In this document: positions 9,386 through 18,805 of the stretch, piece by piece
Numbering within the stretch: position 1 is the first letter of the stretch
Layout: every line of letters starts with the position of its first letter
Assembly: GCA_003645615.1 (NCBI GenBank)
Contig: QNBE01000002.1
Span: 1-43,366, forward strand
DNA: 43,366 nucleotides
Direction: 5' to 3'
Source: a candidate division WOR-3 bacterium
GTDB lineage: Bacteria > Hydrothermota > Tepidihabitantia > B36-G15
Made by a program: the position numbers and the translations under genes
Notes under the pieces: generated by a model
The model's database searches: none
What the model was told of the DNA's origin: nothing
The model's input: only the letters and a program-made list of their open reading frames with translations

Positions 9386-10332
9386 CACCTCTCAAAATCG
9401 ATCGGCCGGGCAATAATACTATCAATATTAACGGGAAGACCGAACCTCTGGGCGTAAGATCTTATCGCATCCTCATTGAGCTCGCGCATCCGCTGAAATT
9501 CTACCAGTGCGACATTAGCGGGATCACCCTCGATGTTCAAACGATCATAGAGAAGTCGCTTGGCATCAGCACGATTCCGAATGATATAGCGGAAGGCGGC
9601 ATCGATCGCATTCCTCAACCGCTGGGCACCAATCCGATCCTTGGCGATGAAATCCCGGTTGATGAGATACCCGGCCACCGGATATCCCCTTTGGATAAAG
9701 AAGGCAAGGGGGGCATCCTGGATTACCCTTGCTCCTTGTGCGACTGCCAAGCTCCGATAAGGCTCGAAGAGGAAGAGACAATCTACCCGCCGGCGCGAGA
9801 AGAGGGTGGTAATCTCCTCTGGCTCGATCACAACCTCGGTTATCCTTTTGATCGCGAGCGGGAAGTGTTGCTTCAACTCCTCAAAGTAGCCTTCGGTCTC
9901 AGCCAAAAGACCGATCTTCTTCCGATTGAGATCCCGCAGCCTCTTTATCTTACTTTTGGGGAGGGCGAGCAGGGCCTCAGCAGGTCTGAGCAATCTGGTT
10001 TCAGCCGAACCGATAACCTTAACCGGATGCCCTTCGTCAAGAATCATCGCCCAGGGGAGAAAGGTAAAGGCGCACTCACCCCGATAGAGGGCATCCCTCC
10101 GCTTGGCTGGATCCTCTACGGTAACGATCTCCGGAATCAGCTTATACTCCTTAAACAGACCCTGAGCCTCTGCGGCGAAGACGGGAAGGCTTAAAACAGA
10201 CCGGTCGATGAGAATTCGGACTCGAGTCGGCTGGGCCATCTTGTATTGAGGATAGATGAGGATTACCGCCAACCCCAGTGCCGCCAAAAGGATCAAGATG
10301 TCGAGGATTCGCTCCTTAGCTCTCTGACTCAT
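9385..10332 (-). CDS. SsuA/THI5(NMT1)-like substrate-binding protein with N-terminal TM anchor
   Basis: SLPVFAAEAQGLFKEYKL, SKIKRLRDLNRKKIG, VDCLFLFEPY pattern. Confidence 0.75.
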   Translation of the reverse strand: MSQRAKERILDILILLAALGLAVILIYPQYKMAQPTRVRILIDRSVLSLPVFAAEAQGLFKEYKLIPEIVTVEDPAKRRDALYRGECAFTFLPWAMILDEGHPVKVIGSAETRLLRPAEALLALPKSKIKRLRDLNRKKIGLLAETEGYFEELKQHFPLAIKRITEVVIEPEEITTLFSRRRVDCLFLFEPYRSLAVAQGARVIQDAPLAFFIQRGYPVAGYLINRDFIAKDRIGAQRLRNAIDAAFRYIIRNRADAKRLLYDRLNIEGDPANVALVEFQRMRELNEDAIRSYAQRFGLPVNIDSIIARPIDFER

Positions 10333-11579
10333 TTGCCCCCCTTCTCAACCTCCTGGGCCTTCTTATAATATTCCACCGCCTTCTTCTTCTCACCGATCTT
10401 AGAGTAGATGAGGGCCAAGTTTCGATAGGTATCGGGATTCTTGGGGTTCAACTCGGCGGCCCTTTCAAATGGTTCAATTGCATCCCGATAACGCTCCTGT
10501 TGAGCAATCGATGCTCCCAAGTAGAACCAGTAGCGGAAATCATCATCTCGGAGTATGGTGAGATATCGGAAGTTGGCTTCTGCCCCGGAATAATCCTTCA
10601 GCTGATATTTGCAGATCCCACCCTGGAACCAGGCTCCCTGATGCTTGGGCTGAATCTTCACAACCTTTTCAAAACGGGTTAAGGCCTCCTGGTAGTTCTT
10701 CTGTTTGAATTCATCAACCCCCATCTGGAAGATGAGATTGGCAAGATCGTAACGGATGTCGGTTAGGCGCTTAAGAAGTTTTTTTCTCGCCTTGAGGTTC
10801 TCAATCCCGAATGGCTTAAGGAGCTTTTTCGCCTCCTCATCTCTCTTCTCTTCTACCAGAATCGATGCCTTAACCACCGGATCCCTCGTCTCTTCTAAGG
10901 GACGATCCGGCACAATCATCGTCACCATCGAATCCACCCGCGCTTCCATAAGGCTATCGGTGATGGCATAGTAACGGAAAGCAGAGTCGGTCTCTCCCCT
11001 CAGGCTATAGATCCGACCCAGATAACCATAGGGATAGGGATCCTGAGGATTGAGCTCGATCGCCTTCTGATAGGAGAGGACCGCCTGAGAGGTATCACCA
11101 TCCTCCAGGGCAATCAATCCCTGCATTGTGTAGTTCTCGGCCCGATCCGGGATGATCTTAAATGCGATATGGAGAAACGCCTTGGCCATCCGATAGTCTT
11201 CACGCTCGATCATCTGATTGGTAAATCGGCGGAAGATCGACCAATAGGCCTCACCATGCTGACGGAGATGCTTTAAGACCTTGATCGAGTCAGTCTGGAA
11301 TGCCTTATTGACCAACTTTGCCCCTTTGATCATTGTATCTACGTTTGATTTCTGTTCTCCAAGATTGATATAGGCCTCACCAAAATAGAACCATCCCATG
11401 GCACTCTGGGGACGCTGTGTTACCTCCTTTTCTGCGAGTTCCCGCCACTTCATCAGCACCTCGGGATCATGTTTCTCATACCACTCACGCCGATAGATCT
11501 TGATCCCTTCGAGTAGCGGACTCGAGGCGCATCCCACAACAACCAAGGCCAGCAGTAGAATCCACCAGGTCTTCTGCAT
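10329..11579 (-). CDS. Tetratricopeptide-repeat lipoprotein
   Basis: Lipobox VVGC; several TPR-like repeats (YQKAIELNPQD, FERAAELNPKNPDTYRNLA); AGGAGG RBS. Confidence 0.88.
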   Translation of the reverse strand: MQKTWWILLLALVVVGCASSPLLEGIKIYRREWYEKHDPEVLMKWRELAEKEVTQRPQSAMGWFYFGEAYINLGEQKSNVDTMIKGAKLVNKAFQTDSIKVLKHLRQHGEAYWSIFRRFTNQMIEREDYRMAKAFLHIAFKIIPDRAENYTMQGLIALEDGDTSQAVLSYQKAIELNPQDPYPYGYLGRIYSLRGETDSAFRYYAITDSLMEARVDSMVTMIVPDRPLEETRDPVVKASILVEEKRDEEAKKLLKPFGIENLKARKKLLKRLTDIRYDLANLIFQMGVDEFKQKNYQEALTRFEKVVKIQPKHQGAWFQGGICKYQLKDYSGAEANFRYLTILRDDDFRYWFYLGASIAQQERYRDAIEPFERAAELNPKNPDTYRNLALIYSKIGEKKKAVEYYKKAQEVEKGGK

Positions 11580-11597
11580 CGTTCCTCCTTTTGTCCT

Positions 11598-11625
11598 ATT
11601 CTATCCAATCCTTAGCTGATGTCAA
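11598..11625 (-). promoter_or_regulatory. sigma70-type promoter TTGACA-16-TAGAAT for the TPR...cyclase operon
   Basis: Hexamers read directly at 11620-11625 and 11598-11603. Confidence 0.7.
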
Positions 11626-11633
11626 TATGGCCC

Positions 11634-14255
11634 TTAAAACCTGATTCTGGTAGCAAAACCAAACTGATAGTCTGGTCCGAGCTCCGGGTGGTGAGAACCC
11701 TGGTAGGTAACCCCGACCGTCGAGTTCTCACCCAGCTTCCTTTCCATCCCGATCCGATAGTTGGCCGAAAGTCCTGGAGGATAGCTGAGGGCGAAAAAAC
11801 CCATGATGAGAGGGGCATAGATATAAGAGAGTTCTAAACCACCATCCAGTCGATAATTCTTCAAAGACAGCGTGAGATCGGTCCCCAGCATTGGATTGTC
11901 GAGGACAATCTCACCTATTTCGGGAAAATAAGCCGGACTCTCGGCCCAGATCCGATCATAACCGATGTAGCAATCCAGGCCAACCCTCCCATAGATTGCG
12001 GCCTTGAGCTTCCCTCCCCACTTTATTATCTCCTGGATGATCGCACCATCTTCGGTCTCAAAGGATCGGTAGAAGCGGAGAAACGGACCGACCTTTCTGG
12101 CCTCGGTAAGATAGCGATGAACTCCAGTCTCAAGATCTAGTTCCGAGCCATCGAAGTTGGTATTACGATCCTCCCGTTGGTGATAGGAGAAATTGAGGCT
12201 GGGTTCTACCACCTCTCCCGGGTAGGTCATATCTCCGGTTAATTTGAGATCGGAATCGAGGTCATCCCGGGTGCCGAGAAGGTCGAGACTGACCATCTCA
12301 TGGTGGAGATAGACCCTTAGCGAATAACATCGGGAGATATCATACCGATCGAGATAGTGGATCTTCCGGATATAGTCGCCTCTCGGATCATAGATATATC
12401 GCCCGGTTAGGGTATCAAGCCGGTAGTTGCCCTCACCCGGCTTTACCTTCATATAATACTCATCATATCTCCGCCTCAATTCATAATTCATCGCAAATCT
12501 GGTCGAAAGATAGATGGGCCGGATGAGCTCCCCTCCAATAGAAAGAAGGTCCCAGCTTCTCGCTTCCCACCGGTTTCGGAAGAGAGTCAGCTCCGGGCGA
12601 AAGGGACCGAACTGCGGGGAGAGGAGGAAGGAGATCTCCCGACCATTACCCAATGTGTCGGTCATAAGCCGATATCCGAGCTTGGCGATCTCCCCTCTTC
12701 TGATACCAAACCCGATGATCCTCCGCTCATCCTCGGTTAAAAGCTCCATCCCAGGGGTAAGGAGTCCCAAGGGATATTCCAGCTTACTTAGGAATCGGTA
12801 CCGATTCAGGAAACGGGTATAGGATAGAGTGCCGTAGGCAGAGTTGATCCTCACCATCCCCCGGGGCCAGCGGCGGTTGAGGATTCCACCGGAGCCGATG
12901 ATCTCACACCCTCCGGTTTGGAACCTGATCCCGGCCTCGTAACGGCTCCTCACCTCCTCAAGACTGTCCATCCCCCATCGATAGATAAGATCGTAATCGT
13001 AGCGGAGAGGAAAATGGTAATTTTCATCACGAGTCAAGAAATTGGCAAAGAAGATTCCAGATTCAACCCTCCCGCCGATACCGAATCCGGTCCTCTTTGG
13101 ATCGCGGTTGGAATAGAGGTTACCATCGGTGAAAGAGAGCGAGGGCTCGAGGGCGAGGTGGATCGGCCCAAACCCCTGGTCGGTCCGATAATAGATGAGC
13201 CCTTCCCGAGCTGGGGGTCTGATCTTCACCTTCGCCACATAGTCGCCACCACTTTCCACCCAGCGGTAGGCGTGGATCTCCTCATCATAGCGGTAATCGC
13301 CTTTTCCTTCACCAACATAAGTAAACCGGACCCGATAATCACCTTTTCCAAAACCGGCAAACTCGTAGTGATCACCAACCTTATGATAGTCTCCTCCAGT
13401 CAGGGTATCTCCCCCATCGATCCAGATCAGGGTATCACCACTCCTTTCCAGAAGTTCAATATCTTGGGGATCGAGATCGATCCCGATCGGCCGGTCCTTA
13501 TTCTCCACCTCGGTGATGAATCCAATCCGATGCTTACCATGGTCTACCCCTCCAAAGCCAGATAGTTTCAGAAACTTCAAATCCCCAGAGAGATACTGGA
13601 TCTCGATCCGATTTATTGGGGTCACCGGCCGTTTTGGGGTGAAGGTGATCTCACCATTCTCATAATCAATCAGATAGTCAACCCCTTTCTCAAGCGGGAT
13701 CCCATCAAAATAGACCGTCTCACTACCGGGTATGATCCCTTCGGGATCGATCGAATAGGGTCCCTGATGGGCCTCGGCCTTGATCCTTTTGTAGCGATAG
13801 TGGCCCCGGGCAACCGATAATCCCCCTTCAATCGGTCCCACTCTCAATCGGCCTCCAATCCCGGCCTGATTGTGATCACCCACCAAAAGATGATGAGGAA
13901 AGTAGAGATCCCCAAAATCGCCACTCCCCCAAGGTGCCTGGAAGCCCAACCTGGTATTTTCAACCTCAAACAGTGGTCTGGTAATCTCCCCCTTCCCTTC
14001 CTCATCGGCGATCGATCCCTCGATCATCACGTCCTTTGTCTGACCACGAAAATTTACCCACATCCCCTGATCGAAGATAAGGCCATCCCGACCATAGGAG
14101 ATGGTGAAGGATTTGGTTCCCGCCATCACCATCTCCCCACCCGATGTTATCTCGAGCTCCCGTTCATAAATGTTGGTATCGATCGGAAGATAGCGATAGT
14201 AGATCGAGTCGAGTCCGGTCTCAATCAGTGAGAAGACGGAGATGAGAATTATCAT
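11634..14255 (-). CDS. Large outer-membrane beta-barrel protein with SprA-like GSE..DY.IDY..G motif
   Basis: 873 aa, alternating beta-strand pattern, C-terminal Phe (FGFATRIRF), motif IIPGSETVYFDGIPLEKGVDYLIDYENGEITF. Confidence 0.65.
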   Translation of the reverse strand: MIILISVFSLIETGLDSIYYRYLPIDTNIYERELEITSGGEMVMAGTKSFTISYGRDGLIFDQGMWVNFRGQTKDVMIEGSIADEEGKGEITRPLFEVENTRLGFQAPWGSGDFGDLYFPHHLLVGDHNQAGIGGRLRVGPIEGGLSVARGHYRYKRIKAEAHQGPYSIDPEGIIPGSETVYFDGIPLEKGVDYLIDYENGEITFTPKRPVTPINRIEIQYLSGDLKFLKLSGFGGVDHGKHRIGFITEVENKDRPIGIDLDPQDIELLERSGDTLIWIDGGDTLTGGDYHKVGDHYEFAGFGKGDYRVRFTYVGEGKGDYRYDEEIHAYRWVESGGDYVAKVKIRPPAREGLIYYRTDQGFGPIHLALEPSLSFTDGNLYSNRDPKRTGFGIGGRVESGIFFANFLTRDENYHFPLRYDYDLIYRWGMDSLEEVRSRYEAGIRFQTGGCEIIGSGGILNRRWPRGMVRINSAYGTLSYTRFLNRYRFLSKLEYPLGLLTPGMELLTEDERRIIGFGIRRGEIAKLGYRLMTDTLGNGREISFLLSPQFGPFRPELTLFRNRWEARSWDLLSIGGELIRPIYLSTRFAMNYELRRRYDEYYMKVKPGEGNYRLDTLTGRYIYDPRGDYIRKIHYLDRYDISRCYSLRVYLHHEMVSLDLLGTRDDLDSDLKLTGDMTYPGEVVEPSLNFSYHQREDRNTNFDGSELDLETGVHRYLTEARKVGPFLRFYRSFETEDGAIIQEIIKWGGKLKAAIYGRVGLDCYIGYDRIWAESPAYFPEIGEIVLDNPMLGTDLTLSLKNYRLDGGLELSYIYAPLIMGFFALSYPPGLSANYRIGMERKLGENSTVGVTYQGSHHPELGPDYQFGFATRIRF

Positions 14256-14895
14256 CTATGACGAGCAAGCCCTTCCTTACCGGAAGGAGGGATTGGATCG
14301 TAACCGGGAGGGACAGCCGATGCCAGCTTCCTTCATAATACTTATAGAGATGCTCCTCATCATAGGCAAAGATGGTATCCGATTTGATTACCCTAAGATT
14401 CGGTTCCGGCAGAGGAATCACCGAATCGACCTCAAAGAGTGGGTTTAAAAAGATGATCCGTTTCCGATCGTAGAGATAGAACCCATCCTCATAGCCACAC
14501 CCAACGATCCGTCCGATTCCGGGAAGGATTGACCGACCATCGAGCAGGACCCTCTCGCCCCAATCAACGACGGTCATCACCCTCCCCTCATCATCACAAC
14601 TGAGATCGACAATACCCTCCCCTTCCCGATAGAGCCTTAGGGAGAGGTCGCTCCTCCTCACCCGATATACCCTCCGGCCATCTCCAAGATAGAGGAAAAA
14701 TCGATCACCATCGAGATAGCGGATCCGAAATCCGGTTGGTAGGGAGAGGAGAAGGGGACGAAAGTCGAGGCTTTCCGATTCCGACTCGTAGAGTCGTTGA
14801 TCATAAGTGAGGTAGAGATTGGTTCCATCTGAGAAGAGATGGTCGGCCCGGTAGGGGAAGAGGGTAATAACCGGCAGGATCAGAATCAGCGCCAT
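14221..14895 (-). CDS. Hypothetical exported protein, possibly beta-propeller-like
   Basis: Short hydrophobic N-terminus; repeated short strands (DGTNLYLT, DRFFLYLGDG, DGFYLYD). Confidence 0.6.
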   Translation of the reverse strand: MALILILPVITLFPYRADHLFSDGTNLYLTYDQRLYESESESLDFRPLLLSLPTGFRIRYLDGDRFFLYLGDGRRVYRVRRSDLSLRLYREGEGIVDLSCDDEGRVMTVVDWGERVLLDGRSILPGIGRIVGCGYEDGFYLYDRKRIIFLNPLFEVDSVIPLPEPNLRVIKSDTIFAYDEEHLYKYYEGSWHRLSLPVTIQSLLPVRKGLLVIDDNSHLRLLTD

Positions 14896-14904
14896 CGAAG
14901 GGGA

Positions 14905-15525
14905 TCAGAATAGGGCGCGGAAGAATTCGATCAGAAACTTCAATCTTCCGATAAAGAGGCTCACCCGCGCCATCACCGTATACCCGAATGATGCTCCAAA
15001 ACCGATCATGATGAAGATGATCCCGAGCCGTGAGACACGACCGATCGCCCCTTTATGTTCCGTCGAGAAGAAGAAGTAGGTGAGTGTGGCAACGACCCCG
15101 ATCAGGATGATGGTTGCCCAGATACCCGAACTTACCTGGGGCTGAAAACTCTGGGGGGTGAGGATCGTCCCATGGAGTTGTTTCAGGATATTGGCCTGGA
15201 AATAGGCCGGGATCGAAACCCCGGCTCCCCAACCGATCAGAAAGGCTATCGGGAGCCGGGCCAGCCAGGAGATCCTTTTGACAAACATCGTGAAGTATAG
15301 AAGGCCCAGGACCATCGGGATGAGGAAGATATACTGGCCACGACCCAAGGGGTCGAAGAGGTTGGGCCTCAGGGCATTATGCCAGGTGATGGCAATGAGA
15401 TAGCCATTTGAGATCCCAACATAGAGATGTTCGGCAAAACGGAAAAGGGGATTATCCTTATAGAGGAAGGAGAGGATGAAGAGGGTAAGGAGGGCAGCGG
15501 CAATATTCCAGGGATTGATGATCAT
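14905..15525 (-). CDS. Uncharacterised integral membrane protein (module gene 3, ~6 TM)
   Basis: SFLYKDNPLFRFAEHLYVGISNGY, TLTYFFFS, IMIGFGASFGYTVMAR. Confidence 0.8.
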   Translation of the reverse strand: MIINPWNIAAALLTLFILSFLYKDNPLFRFAEHLYVGISNGYLIAITWHNALRPNLFDPLGRGQYIFLIPMVLGLLYFTMFVKRISWLARLPIAFLIGWGAGVSIPAYFQANILKQLHGTILTPQSFQPQVSSGIWATIILIGVVATLTYFFFSTEHKGAIGRVSRLGIIFIMIGFGASFGYTVMARVSLFIGRLKFLIEFFRALF

Positions 15526-16382
15526 CTCCGCCTCAGATAGAAGTAACCGATATTACCGATAACGATGAAGACGATCATAACCAGATGGGCGAGATTCTGG
15601 GCATCCATTCCCGGTGCCGCGGTCTTCTTCTTAATCGGAATATTGTGCTCATCCAGGAGGGTCTCATACTCGGCCGCCCCTTTCAGACCAGCCAACATCC
15701 CCACCAGCTGTCTGGTCTGGAGATAAGGGTAATAGCTTGCCCCCATCACCGCTGTTACCCCGGCCCCAACCCTGAGGCCGTATCTTGATCCCGCATAGGC
15801 AACCCAGGTGTCTGGAAATGCTGCTCCAGAGAGGGAGATACAGAGGCCGATCTGCCGATAATTTTTGATCCCCTCCATCACCTCGAGTTCGTCGATCGGA
15901 TTACCATAATAATCCTTGGGATAGACCCCCTTGATACTCTCCCCCATCCCCAGGATCACCGCAACATATCCCGACTTCCATCCCAAGAAGACATAGTCGC
16001 GACCGTAGATGATGCTATCCTCACGACTCCGTGCCCGTTCATTATACTCGGCCGCGATCCGATTGAAGACATCAACGGCCATCCCGGTTCCCTGGACATT
16101 GAGACAGAGGCCGATCACCTTCCGCCGGAGGGCGAAGAGGTGGTGGACCAAGGCATAGGCCATCGGGTGAACCTCGGGCATCACCTGGGGATCATAATCG
16201 AAGGAGATCATTACTGCCCGACCCCGAGTCGAGTCCTCGATAAAGGTAAAGAGATCCCGAGATCGATCCATCACATTGACCGGAATCCCCCACGGCTTGA
16301 GCAGGGGGAGGAGGATGGCCAATCCCAGGACGAAATAGATAATCCTCCGATCGATCTTGGTGAGCCGCTCAAAGATACTCAT
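15522..16382 (-). CDS. Uncharacterised membrane protein with soluble alpha/beta domain between terminal TMs (module gene 2)
   Basis: [59 protein letters not shown]. Confidence 0.8.
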   Translation of the reverse strand: MSIFERLTKIDRRIIYFVLGLAILLPLLKPWGIPVNVMDRSRDLFTFIEDSTRGRAVMISFDYDPQVMPEVHPMAYALVHHLFALRRKVIGLCLNVQGTGMAVDVFNRIAAEYNERARSREDSIIYGRDYVFLGWKSGYVAVILGMGESIKGVYPKDYYGNPIDELEVMEGIKNYRQIGLCISLSGAAFPDTWVAYAGSRYGLRVGAGVTAVMGASYYPYLQTRQLVGMLAGLKGAAEYETLLDEHNIPIKKKTAAPGMDAQNLAHLVMIVFIVIGNIGYFYLRRR

Positions 16383-17002
16383 GATCCCCCACCCAGATAA
16401 CCCCGTTCGATCCCGAGGATGATCTTAAGGGCGGTGGCGATCGCCCCGAAGGCGATGCCGAAGAGGATCCCCCGTTGGGCGGCAAGATTGGGGACCTTGA
16501 GCACCCACTCAGCAAAATCGGGGACCTTATCATGGATAAAGCTACCCAAGGAGGTAACACCCAGCATCACAACAAAAGCGGCAACCAGTAGTAGGGTCGC
16601 CTCCAAGCTCCGGGCCCGAAAGGCCCGATAGGCGGCCGAGGCCATGAAGAAGGCAAGGAGTGAGAACATCGTTGCCCCCAAGGGGGCCTGGATATTGAGA
16701 TAGATCTTCTGGAAGGTAGAATCGGCCTTGACCCCGAAGAACAACCCGATTACCGCCATAACTCCAAGTGAGGCAAGGGTGACGATCGAATAGGGCCAGC
16801 CCTCCAATCTCCGCTTGAGTTTGTTATAGTGGGAACGGATGAGGTTGCCGACCGCAAGCACCAAGGCAAAAGCGGAGACGACGATGAACCATTTCGATGA
16901 GATCGTATAAAGATCACGGGAGACCGGATGGGGGATAAAGAACTGGACCACCATCACAGTCCCGGAGACAAAGCAGATGAGAAGTGGGAGATTCCGCTTC
17001 AT
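16379..17002 (-). CDS. Uncharacterised integral membrane protein (module gene 1, ~5-6 TM)
   Basis: [56 protein letters not shown]. Confidence 0.8.
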   Translation of the reverse strand: MKRNLPLLICFVSGTVMVVQFFIPHPVSRDLYTISSKWFIVVSAFALVLAVGNLIRSHYNKLKRRLEGWPYSIVTLASLGVMAVIGLFFGVKADSTFQKIYLNIQAPLGATMFSLLAFFMASAAYRAFRARSLEATLLLVAAFVVMLGVTSLGSFIHDKVPDFAEWVLKVPNLAAQRGILFGIAFGAIATALKIILGIERGYLGGGS

Positions 17003-17595
17003 CGATAGTCGAGGATGACCGATTCGTCTAAGGGGACATAACGGTCCGCAGTCTCCCTCAGATCATAGGCGGTGGAGGCCTCGAAACTGTAGACCTCTAC
17101 CGTCTTCCCTTTGTCACGGATGTAGGAGAGGAGGGGAACAAAATCACCATCACCGGAAACGAGCACCACGGTATCAACCTTATCCAGAATCCCGAGGATA
17201 TCAAGGGCGATCCCCATATCCCAGTTGGCCTTGGCTGAACCGTCACCCCTGATCCTGATCTCTTTCAACCGCACCTCATAGCCGATCTTCTCCAAGGAGG
17301 CGACAAATGGTCGGACATCGCCCTCTGGAGGGTGGACTACATAACTGATCGCCTTGACCAGAATCCGATCGCCTCTGATCTTATAGAGGAGTTTATTATA
17401 ATCGACCTTGCCTCCATAGATCGCCTTAACCGAATAGTAAAGATTCTGAGAATCGACAAAGACGGCGATCCTCTCTTTCCTCTCCGTTACCGTAATCGCC
17501 CGGTCGATCTTGTTCTCAATCGCACCGAGCTTATCGCAGATCTCCTTCAGATACCCTCTGATCTCATCAAAAAGGGTGACCAATCTCTCATCCAT
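16999..17595 (-). CDS. NYN domain (LabA/DUF88, PIN-like) protein with N-terminal coiled coil
   Basis: [34 protein letters not shown]; ATG 17595 preceded by GAGGAG. Confidence 0.92.
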   Translation of the reverse strand: MDERLVTLFDEIRGYLKEICDKLGAIENKIDRAITVTERKERIAVFVDSQNLYYSVKAIYGGKVDYNKLLYKIRGDRILVKAISYVVHPPEGDVRPFVASLEKIGYEVRLKEIRIRGDGSAKANWDMGIALDILGILDKVDTVVLVSGDGDFVPLLSYIRDKGKTVEVYSFEASTAYDLRETADRYVPLDESVILDYR

Positions 17596-17596
17596 A

Positions 17597-18805
17597 TCAG
17601 TACTCCTCAATTACCCATTCGGGCAGATAGCGATCCCAGTCCGGAAAACCGGGATCATCCTTAGAGTTGGACCAGACCAGACGATAGTCGCCATCTCCGT
17701 AGAGATCCATGAAGATGAAATGGAGTCCACTCGCATAATAAACCCAGTGCTGGATCGGCTTCAACTTCTCCTCAAAAGTTTTACTCACCGTCTCATCGGG
17801 TGGGCCATATTTGATATAGATCCGCCCTCGGTCGGTCTTCCAGCCCGCCTTTGTCCCGGCCTGAAAGTGCTCGTTGGCATAAGAGACTCTCCTCTGGTAG
17901 TTTTGGAAGAGATCGGATCTCTTAAACTTATCGATATAGGCCTTCCTTTTTACAAGGTCCATCTTCCGATAACGTTCGTATTCTCTGGTCCCGAGTAGGA
18001 CCTTGATGAGCTCGTCATATCGCCCGCTCACCCTGATCCCCTTACCACCAACGATCTGGAAGGGACGGGAACGGCTCACCTTCTCTCCTTTGGTTGAGTC
18101 GTAGACGGTTACCTTTAGAGTATAGCTCCCCGCCTTCAAACCGGCAAGATCGATCCCGATCACCTCATTCTGAGCGGAAAAGAGCTTTTCAGCCTTTTTA
18201 TGAAGGATCTTAATCGACCGATTGGTGCTATCAAGTATCTCAAAGGTTGCCCGGTAATAGCTACCGTCCGGCTTGAGATTGTATAGTTCGAAGTAGGGAA
18301 AGATGACCCGCCATCTTCCCCCGAATCTTGAAGAGGGGTTCGGGACCACCACCAGGCCGAATTTGGTGAACGGGGTTTGAGCAGTATCGGCCTCGGCCTT
18401 TATTGCCAGTTCCAGATCAGAAATGGTGAGATGTTCCCTGTCGATCGGAGCTAAGTGGATCTTACCGCCTCTGGCTTCAACCTTAGTGGAACAGATAATG
18501 GTCACCTGATACTGGTATTCTCCAGGAAGGAGGATATAGTTATGTTGATCGACAAAACTGAGATCACGCTCCTTAGCCTGACGGAACGATCGAATCACCG
18601 CCTTCTTTGTCAGGGTATCGGCAAGCAGAAGATCAGATCCCTTTATCTCAAAGATTACCTGGTAGCGAGAAACCAGCTCATCACCAACATTCCGGTAGAT
18701 GAGCTCATGGTAGGGGATCTGATAGTAGATCTCGGTCCGATAAACCCGACCCCGGTAGGGGAAGGCGGCATAATCGACGAAGAAACTGAAAAGAAGAATG
18801 ATCAT
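17597..18805 (-). CDS. GWxTD domain protein
   Basis: RVSYANEHF...GWKTDRGRIYIKYGPPD. Confidence 0.9.
   Translation of the reverse strand: MIILLFSFFVDYAAFPYRGRVYRTEIYYQIPYHELIYRNVGDELVSRYQVIFEIKGSDLLLADTLTKKAVIRSFRQAKERDLSFVDQHNYILLPGEYQYQVTIICSTKVEARGGKIHLAPIDREHLTISDLELAIKAEADTAQTPFTKFGLVVVPNPSSRFGGRWRVIFPYFELYNLKPDGSYYRATFEILDSTNRSIKILHKKAEKLFSAQNEVIGIDLAGLKAGSYTLKVTVYDSTKGEKVSRSRPFQIVGGKGIRVSGRYDELIKVLLGTREYERYRKMDLVKRKAYIDKFKRSDLFQNYQRRVSYANEHFQAGTKAGWKTDRGRIYIKYGPPDETVSKTFEEKLKPIQHWVYYASGLHFIFMDLYGDGDYRLVWSNSKDDPGFPDWDRYLPEWVIEEY

Noticed and set aside
9104-9416. ORFs 9104..9388(-) and 9123..9416(+)
   Set aside because: They coincide with the SRP RNA and show no protein-like features
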